Below, one piece after another: positions 1 to 9,108 of a DNA stretch of 64,000 nucleotides. The DNA is taken from assembly GCA_002269645.1 (NCBI GenBank), contig NIVC01001681.1, positions 126,195-190,194 of the forward strand, in the 5' to 3' direction. Positions within the stretch are counted from its first letter, which is position 1; the number at the start of each line of letters is the position of its first letter. Made by a program: the position numbers and the translations under genes. Source of the stretch: Macrostomum lignano. Its lineage: Eukaryota. Below the pieces are notes generated by a model, which saw only the letters and a program-made list of their open reading frames with translations, had not been told where the DNA came from and searched no databases.

Positions 1-2
1 TT

Positions 3-773
3 CCTCAGATTCAGGGTGAGCAGAGAGAACAAGAAATCGTGTACACCTACTTGGAACACGCTAAGCTCCCCCGCCAGGTCAGACAAGATCTGTTGAGCCG
101 TCGCTGGCAGACAATTGAGCAGGTGTTAGAACAGCAGCAAGCCCTGTTAGAAGCCGCAGACTTAGCCGGGAAATGGGACAGTAGTGGCCCGCCCAGGTCT
201 GAGTCCCGCACCGAAGTCCGTCTGCAACCTCAGCAGCCACCCAGGCCCCCTCGCAAGTGGGTCAGGATGGTGAACCAGGAAGCTGACGAGACGGAGGAGG
301 ACGGTGACGGCCTATCAGAGATGCAAGAGAGGTTGGGCGCGCTAGAGCAAACGCAAAAGGATCTGCGCAACCAGCTGGTGCAGCTCAATGAAACTATGAA
401 GGCGACAGCAGAGTCTGTTGCCCAGCTGCCCCAGCAGATGAGGCCCCCTCGCCCCGCCACTCCCAACAGGAACTGGAGGCAGGGGCAGGGCGGCTCTAAT
501 AGCAGTAGGAACTGGCGCCAACCCCAGCCCCCGCCGCTTGCAATTCAGGAGGCGCCCACGCCGCCGGCGCCGGGTGTGCAGCAGCAGCAATTGCAGCTTC
601 GTGCGCCACCTGATCGCCATAGGCAAGATTTAGAGGAGTGGGGCAGAGATATGTTAGACGAGGCTACCAGGGAGAGGCAGGAGAGGCTCGCCCAGCTGCG
701 CGCGCAAGCTCTGATGCCTCCTCCTTCCACGCCTGAAGAGCCCCCGGGTTCGGGAAACCCGTGGGAGGGCTGA
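3..773 (+). CDS. Gag C-terminal part (open from window start; coiled-coil and Pro/Gln/Arg-rich, no CCHC knuckle)
   Basis: Frame open from nt 3 to TGA 771-773, directly upstream of a -1 frame retropepsin ORF; identity inferred from position. Confidence 0.7.
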   Translation, partial: PQIQGEQREQEIVYTYLEHAKLPRQVRQDLLSRRWQTIEQVLEQQQALLEAADLAGKWDSSGPPRSESRTEVRLQPQQPPRPPRKWVRMVNQEADETEEDGDGLSEMQERLGALEQTQKDLRNQLVQLNETMKATAESVAQLPQQMRPPRPATPNRNWRQGQGGSNSSRNWRQPQPPPLAIQEAPTPPAPGVQQQQLQLRAPPDRHRQDLEEWGRDMLDEATRERQERLAQLRAQALMPPPSTPEEPPGSGNPWEG

Positions 774-815
774 ATGGCCCGGCCCGAACTCAGCCCCGTT
801 CCCTCTCTAGGGCCC
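752..815 (+). promoter_or_regulatory. -1 programmed ribosomal frameshift signal (G GGA AAC plus stem-loop/pseudoknot)
   Basis: X XXY YYZ heptamer in the gag frame at 752-758; GGGCTGA 767-773 pairs with TCAGCCC 790-796; loop GGCCC can pair with GGGCC 810-814; the protease ORF is in the -1 frame. Confidence 0.8.
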
Positions 816-1276
816 AGCTTAACCTGCCACGTCCGCCCAGCAAGAAGTTTAGATTTGAGAAGGTACCCGATTTCTATCAGCCAAGACCAGCTAGAGGACA
901 ACGCGGGAGAGATATTGTTGTAGAGTTGCCAATTGAGAATGTTCCCACCCGCCTCCTGGTAGATGGGGGCAGTGCGCTGTCTTTGCTAACAGTCAAAGAC
1001 TTTACTAAAATTACCGGACAGAGTGTGGAGGCCCTGGAGCCCCCATGTGTGAAGGCCGTGTCCTACACGGGCAATGAATTAGAGATGCTAGGCCAGGCCA
1101 CCCTCACAGCAGTTATTGGGCTAGAAGAGGTGAGAATCCTCTTTCTGGTCGTTGGCAATTCAGCAGCAGTTTCCCTCCTGGGTAGTGCTTTTCTAGCCAG
1201 TACGCATGCTATCATAGACTATCGAACAGAAAAGGTTTACTTGCTAGGTGTGAGTCTCCCATTCGACCCCCGCTGA
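752..1276 (+). CDS. Retropepsin-type aspartic protease (frameshift product), pol truncated after PR
   Basis: TRLLVDGGSALSLL active-site-like motif and C-terminal LLGSAFL (cf. ILGxDF); stop at 1274-1276 with another in-frame stop soon after. Confidence 0.8.
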   Translation, partial: GKPVGGLNGPARTQPRSLSRAQLNLPRPPSKKFRFEKVPDFYQPRPARGQRGRDIVVELPIENVPTRLLVDGGSALSLLTVKDFTKITGQSVEALEPPCVKAVSYTGNELEMLGQATLTAVIGLEEVRILFLVVGNSAAVSLLGSAFLASTHAIIDYRTEKVYLLGVSLPFDPR

Positions 1277-1862
1277 GTAACAGATCGGTAGCTAGCCAGT
1301 GATTGCTTAATTCCCCCCCCCGATTCGCGTGTCGAAATTTTGCTCGTGTTGCCCCGTTGGAGACCGCTTTTCGCGTATTTACGTATGCCCTCTATTACTC
1401 GAATTTATGTTGTGACCTCGTGCTCGTTGGTGTTGTTTAAATATCTAAGATTTTAGCTCGAAAATTAGGCCCGTACAGTATGCGTTAATTCCCTATCAGT
1501 AAATATTAACTTGGAAACTAGTAAAATTTCTATGGGTCTGCTCCACAGGAGGTCCTGCCCCGCTGTTCAAGATTTTCTGGGAACAATGGAAGTCTGGGAC
1601 CGTAGGAAATTAGCACCTTTAGGTCTGATTTCGTGTGTTTGTTCACACTTTGTGAAAGTCCGATTTTGGGAAACTTTTAATTGGTTTCGATGAGGCAATA
1701 GGGGGGGCATTCAATGTAATTAAGTTTATCAGGCAAATGGGGCAGCAATTAGTTTAGAGTAGGCCAGTGGTTTAGTCAATGTAAAGTCAGGTAAGTAATT
1801 AAAGTCAAGTTATGGGGACAGATAGTTCAGAATTAGTAAGTAAGCATTAAGAACCACCAGCA

Positions 1863-2269
1863 TCAGCAGTTGGGAAGCCGCAGAAATAGCTCCAAGAGCA
1901 GTAGCCAGTGCATTGTGAGACCGGCTATTAGGGCCGTCGACAGCACGACCAAATGCCAGGAGCCGTCGGTCTCCACCACAGGGGTTGGCAAGGGCTGTGG
2001 AGCGGCAGCCACGGGCGTCACCGCGGCGACCGGCGGCGGAGCGTGCGCTCGGGCTGACAACGGCGGTGGTACCGGATGCCAACCGGCCCCGGACGCTGGT
2101 TCGCTGGCGGCCCGGCGGTCGCATGGCCCGGGAGCCGCGGCGCCTATGTCACCAGATGGCGCAGCCGGCCCAGAATCAGAGGGGGCGTCCGGCTCTGAAT
2201 GGCTGTCTTCGGGCGCTTCGTAGTCGGACTCCTCTTCAAGGATGGGCTCGGCTACTAGCGGCCGGAATC
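1863..2269 (-). CDS. Putative antisense terminal exon: acidic/Pro-Ala-rich segment followed by a hydrophobic C-terminal helix
   Basis: Minus-strand acceptor (pyrimidine tract ...TTCTCATTTTCAG at 2270), open frame FRPLVAEPILEEESDYE...HLVVLSTALIAGLTMHWLLLLELFLRLPNC*. Confidence 0.5.
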
Positions 2270-2359
2270 CTGAAAATGAGAATTTAAGGGATGAAATAGA
2301 AGTAGGGAACTAGCCGGGTATTAGGATGTAGATAGATGGGGATTTTAACTTTATGGCGT

Positions 2360-2730
2360 GTGGTAGTGGCCTTCCTGGGGGTTTCTTCCTTTCTTCATTC
2401 CCTCTCCTTCCCTTGAGCTCTAGGTGATCAAGTAGTGGTAGCCTTCTTCCCCGCCTTCTTTTAATGATACACCTCTAAGGATGGCAGTTTTTCGTCTTCC
2501 TCTCCTCTGGTAGAAGGGCAAATAGTGGCAGTTTCCCCGGGCAATCCACTCTAATTGGTGACGGGTTCCCTCTTTCTCTTCCCTGTTAATGTACAATTGG
2601 TGGCAGTTTTCCCTAGCAACCTCTCTCAAAATGGTGGCTGATCCTCCTTTTCTTTTCTTTGGTAATGCGCCAAGATGGTGGTAGGTTCCCCTTTCTCTTT
2701 TATAATAGTACATCAAACTGGTGGCAGTCA
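2360..2730. repeat. Degenerate ~42-45 bp tandem repeat with a GGTGGCAGTT core inside the LTR element
   Basis: About 8 GGTGGCAG-like cores at roughly regular spacing. Confidence 0.5.
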
Positions 2731-3059
2731 AATTAATGATTAATTCCTCTTTCGAATTCTTTCGGCTGTTAAGTTTATGAGGGTCTCGGAGGCATGGATG
2801 AGAACTGCGTGCGCGTGGCGTTGAAGGAAGAAATCGAAGGGAGTTGGGCCGCATCATCATTTATCCTCCGGAGTCTAATCTCCCAAATCCCTCTTCTATT
2901 CATATTAACCAAATTAATTTGTGTGCCTGATCTGAATGTGTGCATGTGAGGTGGGAGTGCGATCTCTGTCGGCTGGAGTACGGATCTGCCGCGGGCGCGA
3001 CCGGAGGTGGTCTCGGGTCTGCCCCCTGCTCACAGGTGAGGAAACAGGAAGCGGCGGAA

Positions 3060-3210
3060 CCAGCCAATCAGAGCGCACGGAGACTAGAGCGAGCGGTCCC
3101 AAGCCAACGGCGACCCCGGCCGCAGCAGGTGTGCCTCCCAATGTGCTCAACCAATGGGAAGCCAGCCCCGGCACTATAAGAAGACCCACGCCTGCCAGAG
3201 CTGGAAATCA
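3060..3210 (+). promoter_or_regulatory. Internal Pol II promoter (3 CCAAT boxes plus TATA-like TATAAG)
   Basis: CCAAT at 3064, 3138 and 3151; TATAAG at 3175-3180; ATG in strong context at 3274. Confidence 0.55.
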
Positions 3211-3273
3211 TCAATCAGAGAAATCATTCTGTCCTTCAATCGCTGAAGCATTCTATGAACTATCCAGCTTGAC

Positions 3274-3699
3274 ATGGACACGAAGCCTACCATCAATCGA
3301 ATTCAGCTATGCTCCAGCTTACCGTCTGAGCGTCCTGCCAGCCCAGTTAGCCGAAAGCGGCCCCGTGACGCCATCCAAGAGGCGGAGGACGGCCCCGAGC
3401 CGCCAGCGGCGGCCTCCGCCAGGGTCGAAGAAGGTGACGAGACAATCGACCCGGCCAATGCTGGGGGCGACACCGCGGACATTTCGGACCTGGCGGCCGA
3501 ATTCGGCGAGGCGGCCCGCCGCCTGCGTGATGTTCTGCCCAACAGCCGCCGAAGTGTGGACATCGCCCTGCAAAGAGAAGAAGTCATTGGGGTCAGGTGG
3601 CTGGCGAACCTTCGGCGACAGCTATGGATCTGGTGCACTGGGTCGGGCCTGAGTCCTATCATGGCCCACTCCAGGCCGAGGACAGGCATGCGACTCTAG
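3274..3699 (+). CDS. Accessory ORF A, 141 aa, with an NLS-like SRKRPR and an acidic stretch
   Basis: ATG start downstream of the internal promoter; no family recognised. Confidence 0.45.
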   Translation: MDTKPTINRIQLCSSLPSERPASPVSRKRPRDAIQEAEDGPEPPAAASARVEEGDETIDPANAGGDTADISDLAAEFGEAARRLRDVLPNSRRSVDIALQREEVIGVRWLANLRRQLWIWCTGSGLSPIMAHSRPRTGMRL

Positions 3700-4622
3700 A
3701 GCGCCAACTTCGCGACAACCTGGACCGGCCCTGTCTGCTCATCCTGTCAAAAGCGGCCCTGCTGGGATTGGTTGACAATACGCTGTTAATGTACATCGAG
3801 GCAGCGGCCCAGAGCGCCTACAAATACGCCCTCGGCGACCTAGTCCGGCAGGCCGCCAAGTTCCTCCGCAAGGTTGTGGATGAGGAACCATCACACCTGA
3901 CAGCCCGGCCGCCGTCCTGTGCCCCCATCACAGCAATCTTCAGCACCTGCGATCGGCCGGTCTACAAGAAGGTGATCATCAGCTGCGCAGCCTCCTCTCA
4001 GATGACTAGACAACTGACACCAACCCAGAGAGCCCGGCTATTGATTGGCCTGGCCAGCTTGGCCAGCCGCTGGGGCATGCTTCCTGCGGACCTGCCAGGG
4101 CTGCTCTGGGGCTTCCTGAGCGAGGGCGCCGAATGGGAAGAGGCTCTCGTCATCCACGACGGCATTCTTGCGGCCTCCGCGCCGGCCTCTGCGCCCCTCC
4201 TCTATGCGCCGTTTGCCACAGTGGCCTGGGCCGCCACTCTCTCGCAACGGTTCAATCGCCGCTGTGGGTGGGTGTTGGCGGCCCTGGGCGACGTTGAGCC
4301 CGGCTACGCGGGCCTGGCCGAGGTGCCCCGTGGCACTTTGCAGCATTTTGCAATCGCGCAGCCGCCCCTGTCTGCACCAACTCTGACACGGCTGCAACAA
4401 GTACGGAATGCGGCCTTCGTCGTCCAATGCCAAGCCCTGGGCATCCCGACTCTGCCGCAGTTGAGGGGCGTGCTGCGCAACGACATCTTGCCTAGCCGAT
4501 GGCACCGAGTGGTGCTCACGGCCGCGGCAGCCCAACGTTATGTGGAAGCATGGGCAAGTGCCATGGCTCAGGTGGCGGCATATGGCCCGTACCAGCTAAA
4601 TCAAGAGGCCCATTTCGAGTAA
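3624..4622 (+). CDS. Accessory ORF B, ~332 aa, Ala/Leu-rich and probably helical, unknown function
   Basis: About 1 kb uninterrupted non-repetitive ORF, ATG in GCTATGG context, GC-rich coding-like composition with AT-rich sequence downstream. Confidence 0.65.
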   Translation: MDLVHWVGPESYHGPLQAEDRHATLERQLRDNLDRPCLLILSKAALLGLVDNTLLMYIEAAAQSAYKYALGDLVRQAAKFLRKVVDEEPSHLTARPPSCAPITAIFSTCDRPVYKKVIISCAASSQMTRQLTPTQRARLLIGLASLASRWGMLPADLPGLLWGFLSEGAEWEEALVIHDGILAASAPASAPLLYAPFATVAWAATLSQRFNRRCGWVLAALGDVEPGYAGLAEVPRGTLQHFAIAQPPLSAPTLTRLQQVRNAAFVVQCQALGIPTLPQLRGVLRNDILPSRWHRVVLTAAAAQRYVEAWASAMAQVAAYGPYQLNQEAHFE

Positions 4623-4964
4623 GGATGCCGACTGCCTGCTGAGCGACGTCCGCCGGCCGGTCCGACCCGCCTTTCCGCCCCCTTGCGTTGTGTGTTTGTC
4701 GTGTGTGTGTGTGTGAAATTATCCTATTAATATTCGGTTCTTCCATAATATTCATTTTTAAACTTTAATAACCAATATACGAGTCATTGTTGTGTCATTA
4801 TCCTAAAAATTCCTAAAAATGGCTCTGTGTTGGCTGCTCACTACTTTTACCGTAAGAAAGGCCATATATTATTACTGCAATTGGCTCAGTTTAAAACGAA
4901 AGGCATGGCGAGTGGGTAGATTTCGTTTAACGTACAGGCGAAAGGAAATCAGGTTGGTGATGGG

Positions 4965-5150
4965 ACTTACCGAGTAGTTGTATAGTTTGGAAAATCGTGC
5001 TGAGTGCCTTGGTTGGAAACTGCGACTCCGTGTAGGTTGCAGGCAGCCGGCTCCCGTTATCAGTGGCGCCTTTTATACAGTGGCCAGCGCACGGCGCGGC
5101 GCCTCCCAGCCTACAACCGATCGCCCCGAAGCCCTCTGACTGGCTGAAGC
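4965..5150 (-). promoter_or_regulatory. Putative antisense promoter with a non-coding first exon
   Basis: Minus-strand TATAAAAG at 5077-5070; consensus donor CG|GTAAGT at 4971/4970. Confidence 0.45.
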
Positions 5151-5665
5151 GGGGTCCGAGCCTTCAAGGACGCTAGGCCTCCGTGCGGTTGAACTCCCGG
5201 CGAAATTAGCTTATTAATTTACTGCGCTGCATTAGTATTTTTCCCCTGTGTAATTGTCATTCTCCCCGAGGCTCTGCCCTTGGCTGTGTGCTAGCAACCC
5301 TTCCCCCCTTCTTTTTCCCCACTTCCCTCACCCTTCCCCGTTTCCTCTCTTTCCCAGCTGCGCTTCTATCCAATTATGATAATTTATTGTTGACAATTCG
5401 CTATTTTTCTCCCTACTATTGCGCTGTCTGTGTTTCCCCCCTCCCACTTTAGCCACAGCAACAGTTGAAATTTTTGAAATTCTGTATTGCACTCCAACCT
5501 ATGTATCTCGTTTTGTGAATTTATTGCTATCCCCTCTATTTTATCGCCTTTTTCCATTCCCGCTCGCGGTTTGTTAATTCTGTGATTTCACGTTCGGTTG
5601 AGATCCCGCTCCCGTCTGTGTGGTTCCATGTTGGGCAGTGATGATGACGGAACCAGTTCCGTCAC

Positions 5666-5680
5666 AAAAGGCAGTGGGGG
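5666..5680 (+). other. Polypurine tract AAAAGGCAGTGGGGG
   Basis: Purine-rich run immediately 5' of the LTR start TGTG. Confidence 0.8.
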
Positions 5681-7905
5681 TGTGATGTAACCACGCTCTG
5701 GTCGCGGGATAGGGCATGGGAACTTTTTCGAAAGTGCCTCCTATCCCGTGCACCCTCTGCACAGAGCTGTCGAGACTCGGCCAGGTCTCCGACCGGGCCT
5801 GGAGACTCCCGCTCTGCTGCACCCCTCCTGCTGCCTTGGTCCCGTCTCTCCTGCCGCCACACCTGCCTTTCCGGAGCCCCTACCCCTTTCTGTACCTCCC
5901 CCTCTACCCTATCTCTTCTGTTCCCGCCCTATTCTTCCTGTACTTTCTCTACCTCCTCCCTTTTTTTTGTCTCCCTCTGCACTCTTTTCCTGCGCTGTCC
6001 CCTCTTTCCCTGTGTCTACTTACAGTACTTTGTGTGCTCACCGTCTCCCCATCCCCTCTCAAACTCCCAAACGGTGACGCAAGTCGTGTGACCCCTTCTC
6101 CCCCTCGGTGACTCATCGATGACTCATCCCCCTCTCTTGCGCAACCTTTTCTCACGCTATTGTTCTCCTTCCCAAATTTCTCATGTGACACCCACCCCAC
6201 CTCCGCTTCTATTGTTCTCGTTTTTGCTTCTTTTGTTCTCTCGACCCCCACCAATTATCACATTTTCTCCGATTTTCTCTTTCTTTTGTTCTCGTTTTCG
6301 CACCTAATTATCACCTTTTCTCCAATGTTTACTTTTCCATTGTTCTCAGTTTTCCCCAATTATCCCCGATTTCCAATTCCTTTGTTCTCGACCCCAGCCC
6401 TATTGTTCTCAATGTTTGCTTGCGCAACACTTTCGCGACCACCCGCTGCGCCAATTATCCCCCCACCCCACCTCCGGATTGCGCAATTTCCCGATTTCTC
6501 ATGTTGCTATGCCGGTCTCATGCTTCTCATCATGACTCATTCTGACGTCATTCTGCCGGCAGCCAATCAGAGAGAGGGAGCCATGGTAACGACCTTGAGG
6601 AGGCGGCTGTGAGGTCTATAAAAGGAAGCGATTTCGGCATGAGAATACTCAACTGAGGTTATCTCTGTTCCTCTCCTCGTCCTTCTTTGGACTTGCTGTC
6701 AGATTGAGCTCTGACCCATTCGTCTATAAGACGAATCCCTGCCGGTCCGCGGTCTGTTACCGCCAAGTTATCCTTAGCTCCCCAAGTGAGCTCGCCTATC
6801 GGCCAGCGGTCTGATACCGCCCAGCATCATCAGCATCGCCTGATCTACATCAGCGCCTCGTCGCTCCAGCGCATCGCCGCTTCACCGTCTGCCTGACTGC
6901 AGCCTACAGCCGCCCTCGGTCACTCCGTCTCTCTCTCTCTCTCTGTGCAGCTGCCGGTAAGTTCCTGCTACTAATTTGTGCTCTAATTGCCTTTGCTTAT
7001 CCGGGGTTTGCCTATTTTCCATTGTCTGATTAGAGAGCTGAGCCAATTGTGATACCGTATCTTTTGCTGTATTTTACTCAATAGTGAAGCCGCCTAATTG
7101 CCTGCTTATTTGCCTAAGGGCCTAATTATTAACTATTAACTAACTTCATCATTATTCAATCTTTCACCATCATTTCACTCATGGCTTACTAAGCCTTTCT
7201 CCCGGGGTGGCAAAGCATAAGGAAGTTTGGGTAAGCTAATGGCCTCTCCCCGTGCAAAGCCCGCCTGTGAGGGCGTGCTGCGGGGCCGCGTGTGCGTGCA
7301 GTAGAGGGATTAGCGAGTCTTGGCACAGAATGGCAGTAGGAAGGTTGCAACCCCATGCTAACGCGTCCCTTCGCCCTGAGCAATCTAAACTGTAGACAGT
7401 ACATGTTCGCCTCATACTACTCTTAGTAATCAAAGTCGCAAGTCAGCCTCGCTCACAGCCACAAAGGATCCCCTGCTGAGAAATCCTCCAGGATTGAGCC
7501 CAGAGTTCCCGATCATGCCCCAAGCAGAGTCCCTGTACTCGGCTGCATGCGTCTCCCCTGTTAGCCTAAATCCCCTGGTAACCAATCCAGGCGGGGCTCT
7601 AGCCTCGAGAGGTCTGGTAGAAAGATCCAGGTGCGCCAGGTCACATAGAGTGGTGGCAGCCACTCGGTCATACTACGACCGAGTGACCAACTATTGCACC
7701 TTGGCTACAGGTGGGGTCCATGTGGGTCCTTGGCCCTCTGGTCACGAAGCGCTACCAAAGCTACTAATCATGTGGGCGGGACAGTCTGGTGCTGGAGGTC
7801 CGTCAGGTCATTGCCCGGTCATAGGCAGCCTACGGTCATTGCCCCCTCTAGTCATGCGTTCGTCTCTCTACGGAGCGGACAGGCGACAAGGGCGGTTACA
7901 TCACA
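5681..7905 (+). repeat. 3' LTR, 2225 bp
   Basis: Perfect 12-bp terminal inverted repeat TGTGATGTAACC (5681-5692) / GGTTACATCACA (7894-7905), preceded by the PPT. Confidence 0.85.
6533..6623 (+). promoter_or_regulatory. LTR promoter: AP-1, CRE, CCAAT, TATA
   Basis: TGACTCA 6533, TGACGTCA 6543, CCAAT 6563, TATAAAA 6617; further TGACTCA at 6109 and 6120. Confidence 0.7.
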
Positions 7906-9035
7906 CACACAAATCTTTCCAAATCCTCAAAACTTACACACACAAATCTTTCCAAGTCCTCAAAACTTACACACACAAATCTTTCCAAATCCTCAAAACT
8001 TACTCACTAAAAATCTTCCCAAATCCTCAAAATTTACACACACAAATCTTCCCAAATCCTCAAAATTTACACACACAAATCTTTCCAAATCCTCAAAATT
8101 TACACACACAAATCTTCCCAAATCCTCAAAATTTACACACACAAATCTTCCCAAATCCTCAAAATTTACACACACAAATCTTCCCAAATCCTCAAAATTT
8201 ACACACAAATCTTCCCAAATCCTGAAAACTTACACACACACAAATCTTCCCAAATCCTCAAAACTTACACACACACAAATCTTCCCAAATCCTCAAAATT
8301 TACACACACAAATCTTTCCAAATCCTCAAAACTTACACACACAAATCTTTCCAAGTCCTCAAAACTTACACACACAAATCTTTCCAAATCCTCAAAACTT
8401 ACTCACTAAAAATCTTCCCAAATCCTCAAAATTTACACACACAAATCTTCCCAAATCCTCAAAATTTACACACACAAATCTTCCCAAATCCTCAAAATTT
8501 ACACACAAAAATCTTCCCAAATCCTGAAAACTTACACACACACAAATCTTCCCAAATCCTCAAAATTTACACACAAATCTTCCCAAATCCTCAAAATTTA
8601 CACATACAAATCTTCCCAAATCCTCAAAATTTACACATACAAATCTTCCCAAATCCTCAAAATTTACACACACAAATCTTCCCAAATCCTCAAAACTAAC
8701 ACACACAAATCTTTCCAAATCCTCAAAACTAACACACACAAATCTTCCCAAATCCTCAAAATTTACACACACAAATCTTCCCAAATCCTCAAAATTTACA
8801 CACACAAATCTTCCCAAATCCTCAAAATTTACACACACAAATCTTCCCAAATCCTCAAAATTTACACACACAAATCTTCTCAAATCCTCAAAATTTTCAC
8901 ACACAAATCTTCCCAAATCCTCAAACTTGCACACGCAAATCTTCCCAAATCCTCAAACTTGCACACGCAAATCTTCCCAAATCCTCAAAACTTACACACA
9001 CAAATCTTCCCAAATCCTCAAACTTGCACTAACAA
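7906..9035. repeat. ~33-bp minisatellite (TACACACACAAATCTTCCCAAATCCTCAAAATT)
   Basis: Visible tandem array; the LTR abuts it. Confidence 0.95.
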
Positions 9036-9108
9036 GCGCAAATCCCTAAACTGCAACCCCCAAGCTTATCAATTCAACCAATCAACAGGCAAAATTCCCA
9101 GCGCTCAC

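Larger units (their letters stand above)
1..7905 (+). mobile_element. Ty3/gypsy-like LTR retroelement (5' part outside window): gag-PR, no RT/RH/IN seen, accessory ORFs, PPT, 3' LTR
   Basis: gag-like ORF, GGGAAAC slippery site, retropepsin ORF ending in a stop at 1276, PPT at 5666-5680 abutting an LTR bounded by TGTGATGTAACC...GGTTACATCACA. Confidence 0.85.

Noticed and set aside
3624-4622. ORF B as an env gene
   Set aside because: No signal peptide, clear furin site, fusion peptide or C-terminal TM anchor seen.
5716-6612. Hydrophobic ORFs within LTR U3
   Set aside because: Pyrimidine-rich low-complexity sequence gives Phe/Leu/Pro/Ser artefacts.
7494-8934. ORFs running from the LTR into the 33-bp array
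   Set aside because: Repeat-derived; no coding signature.
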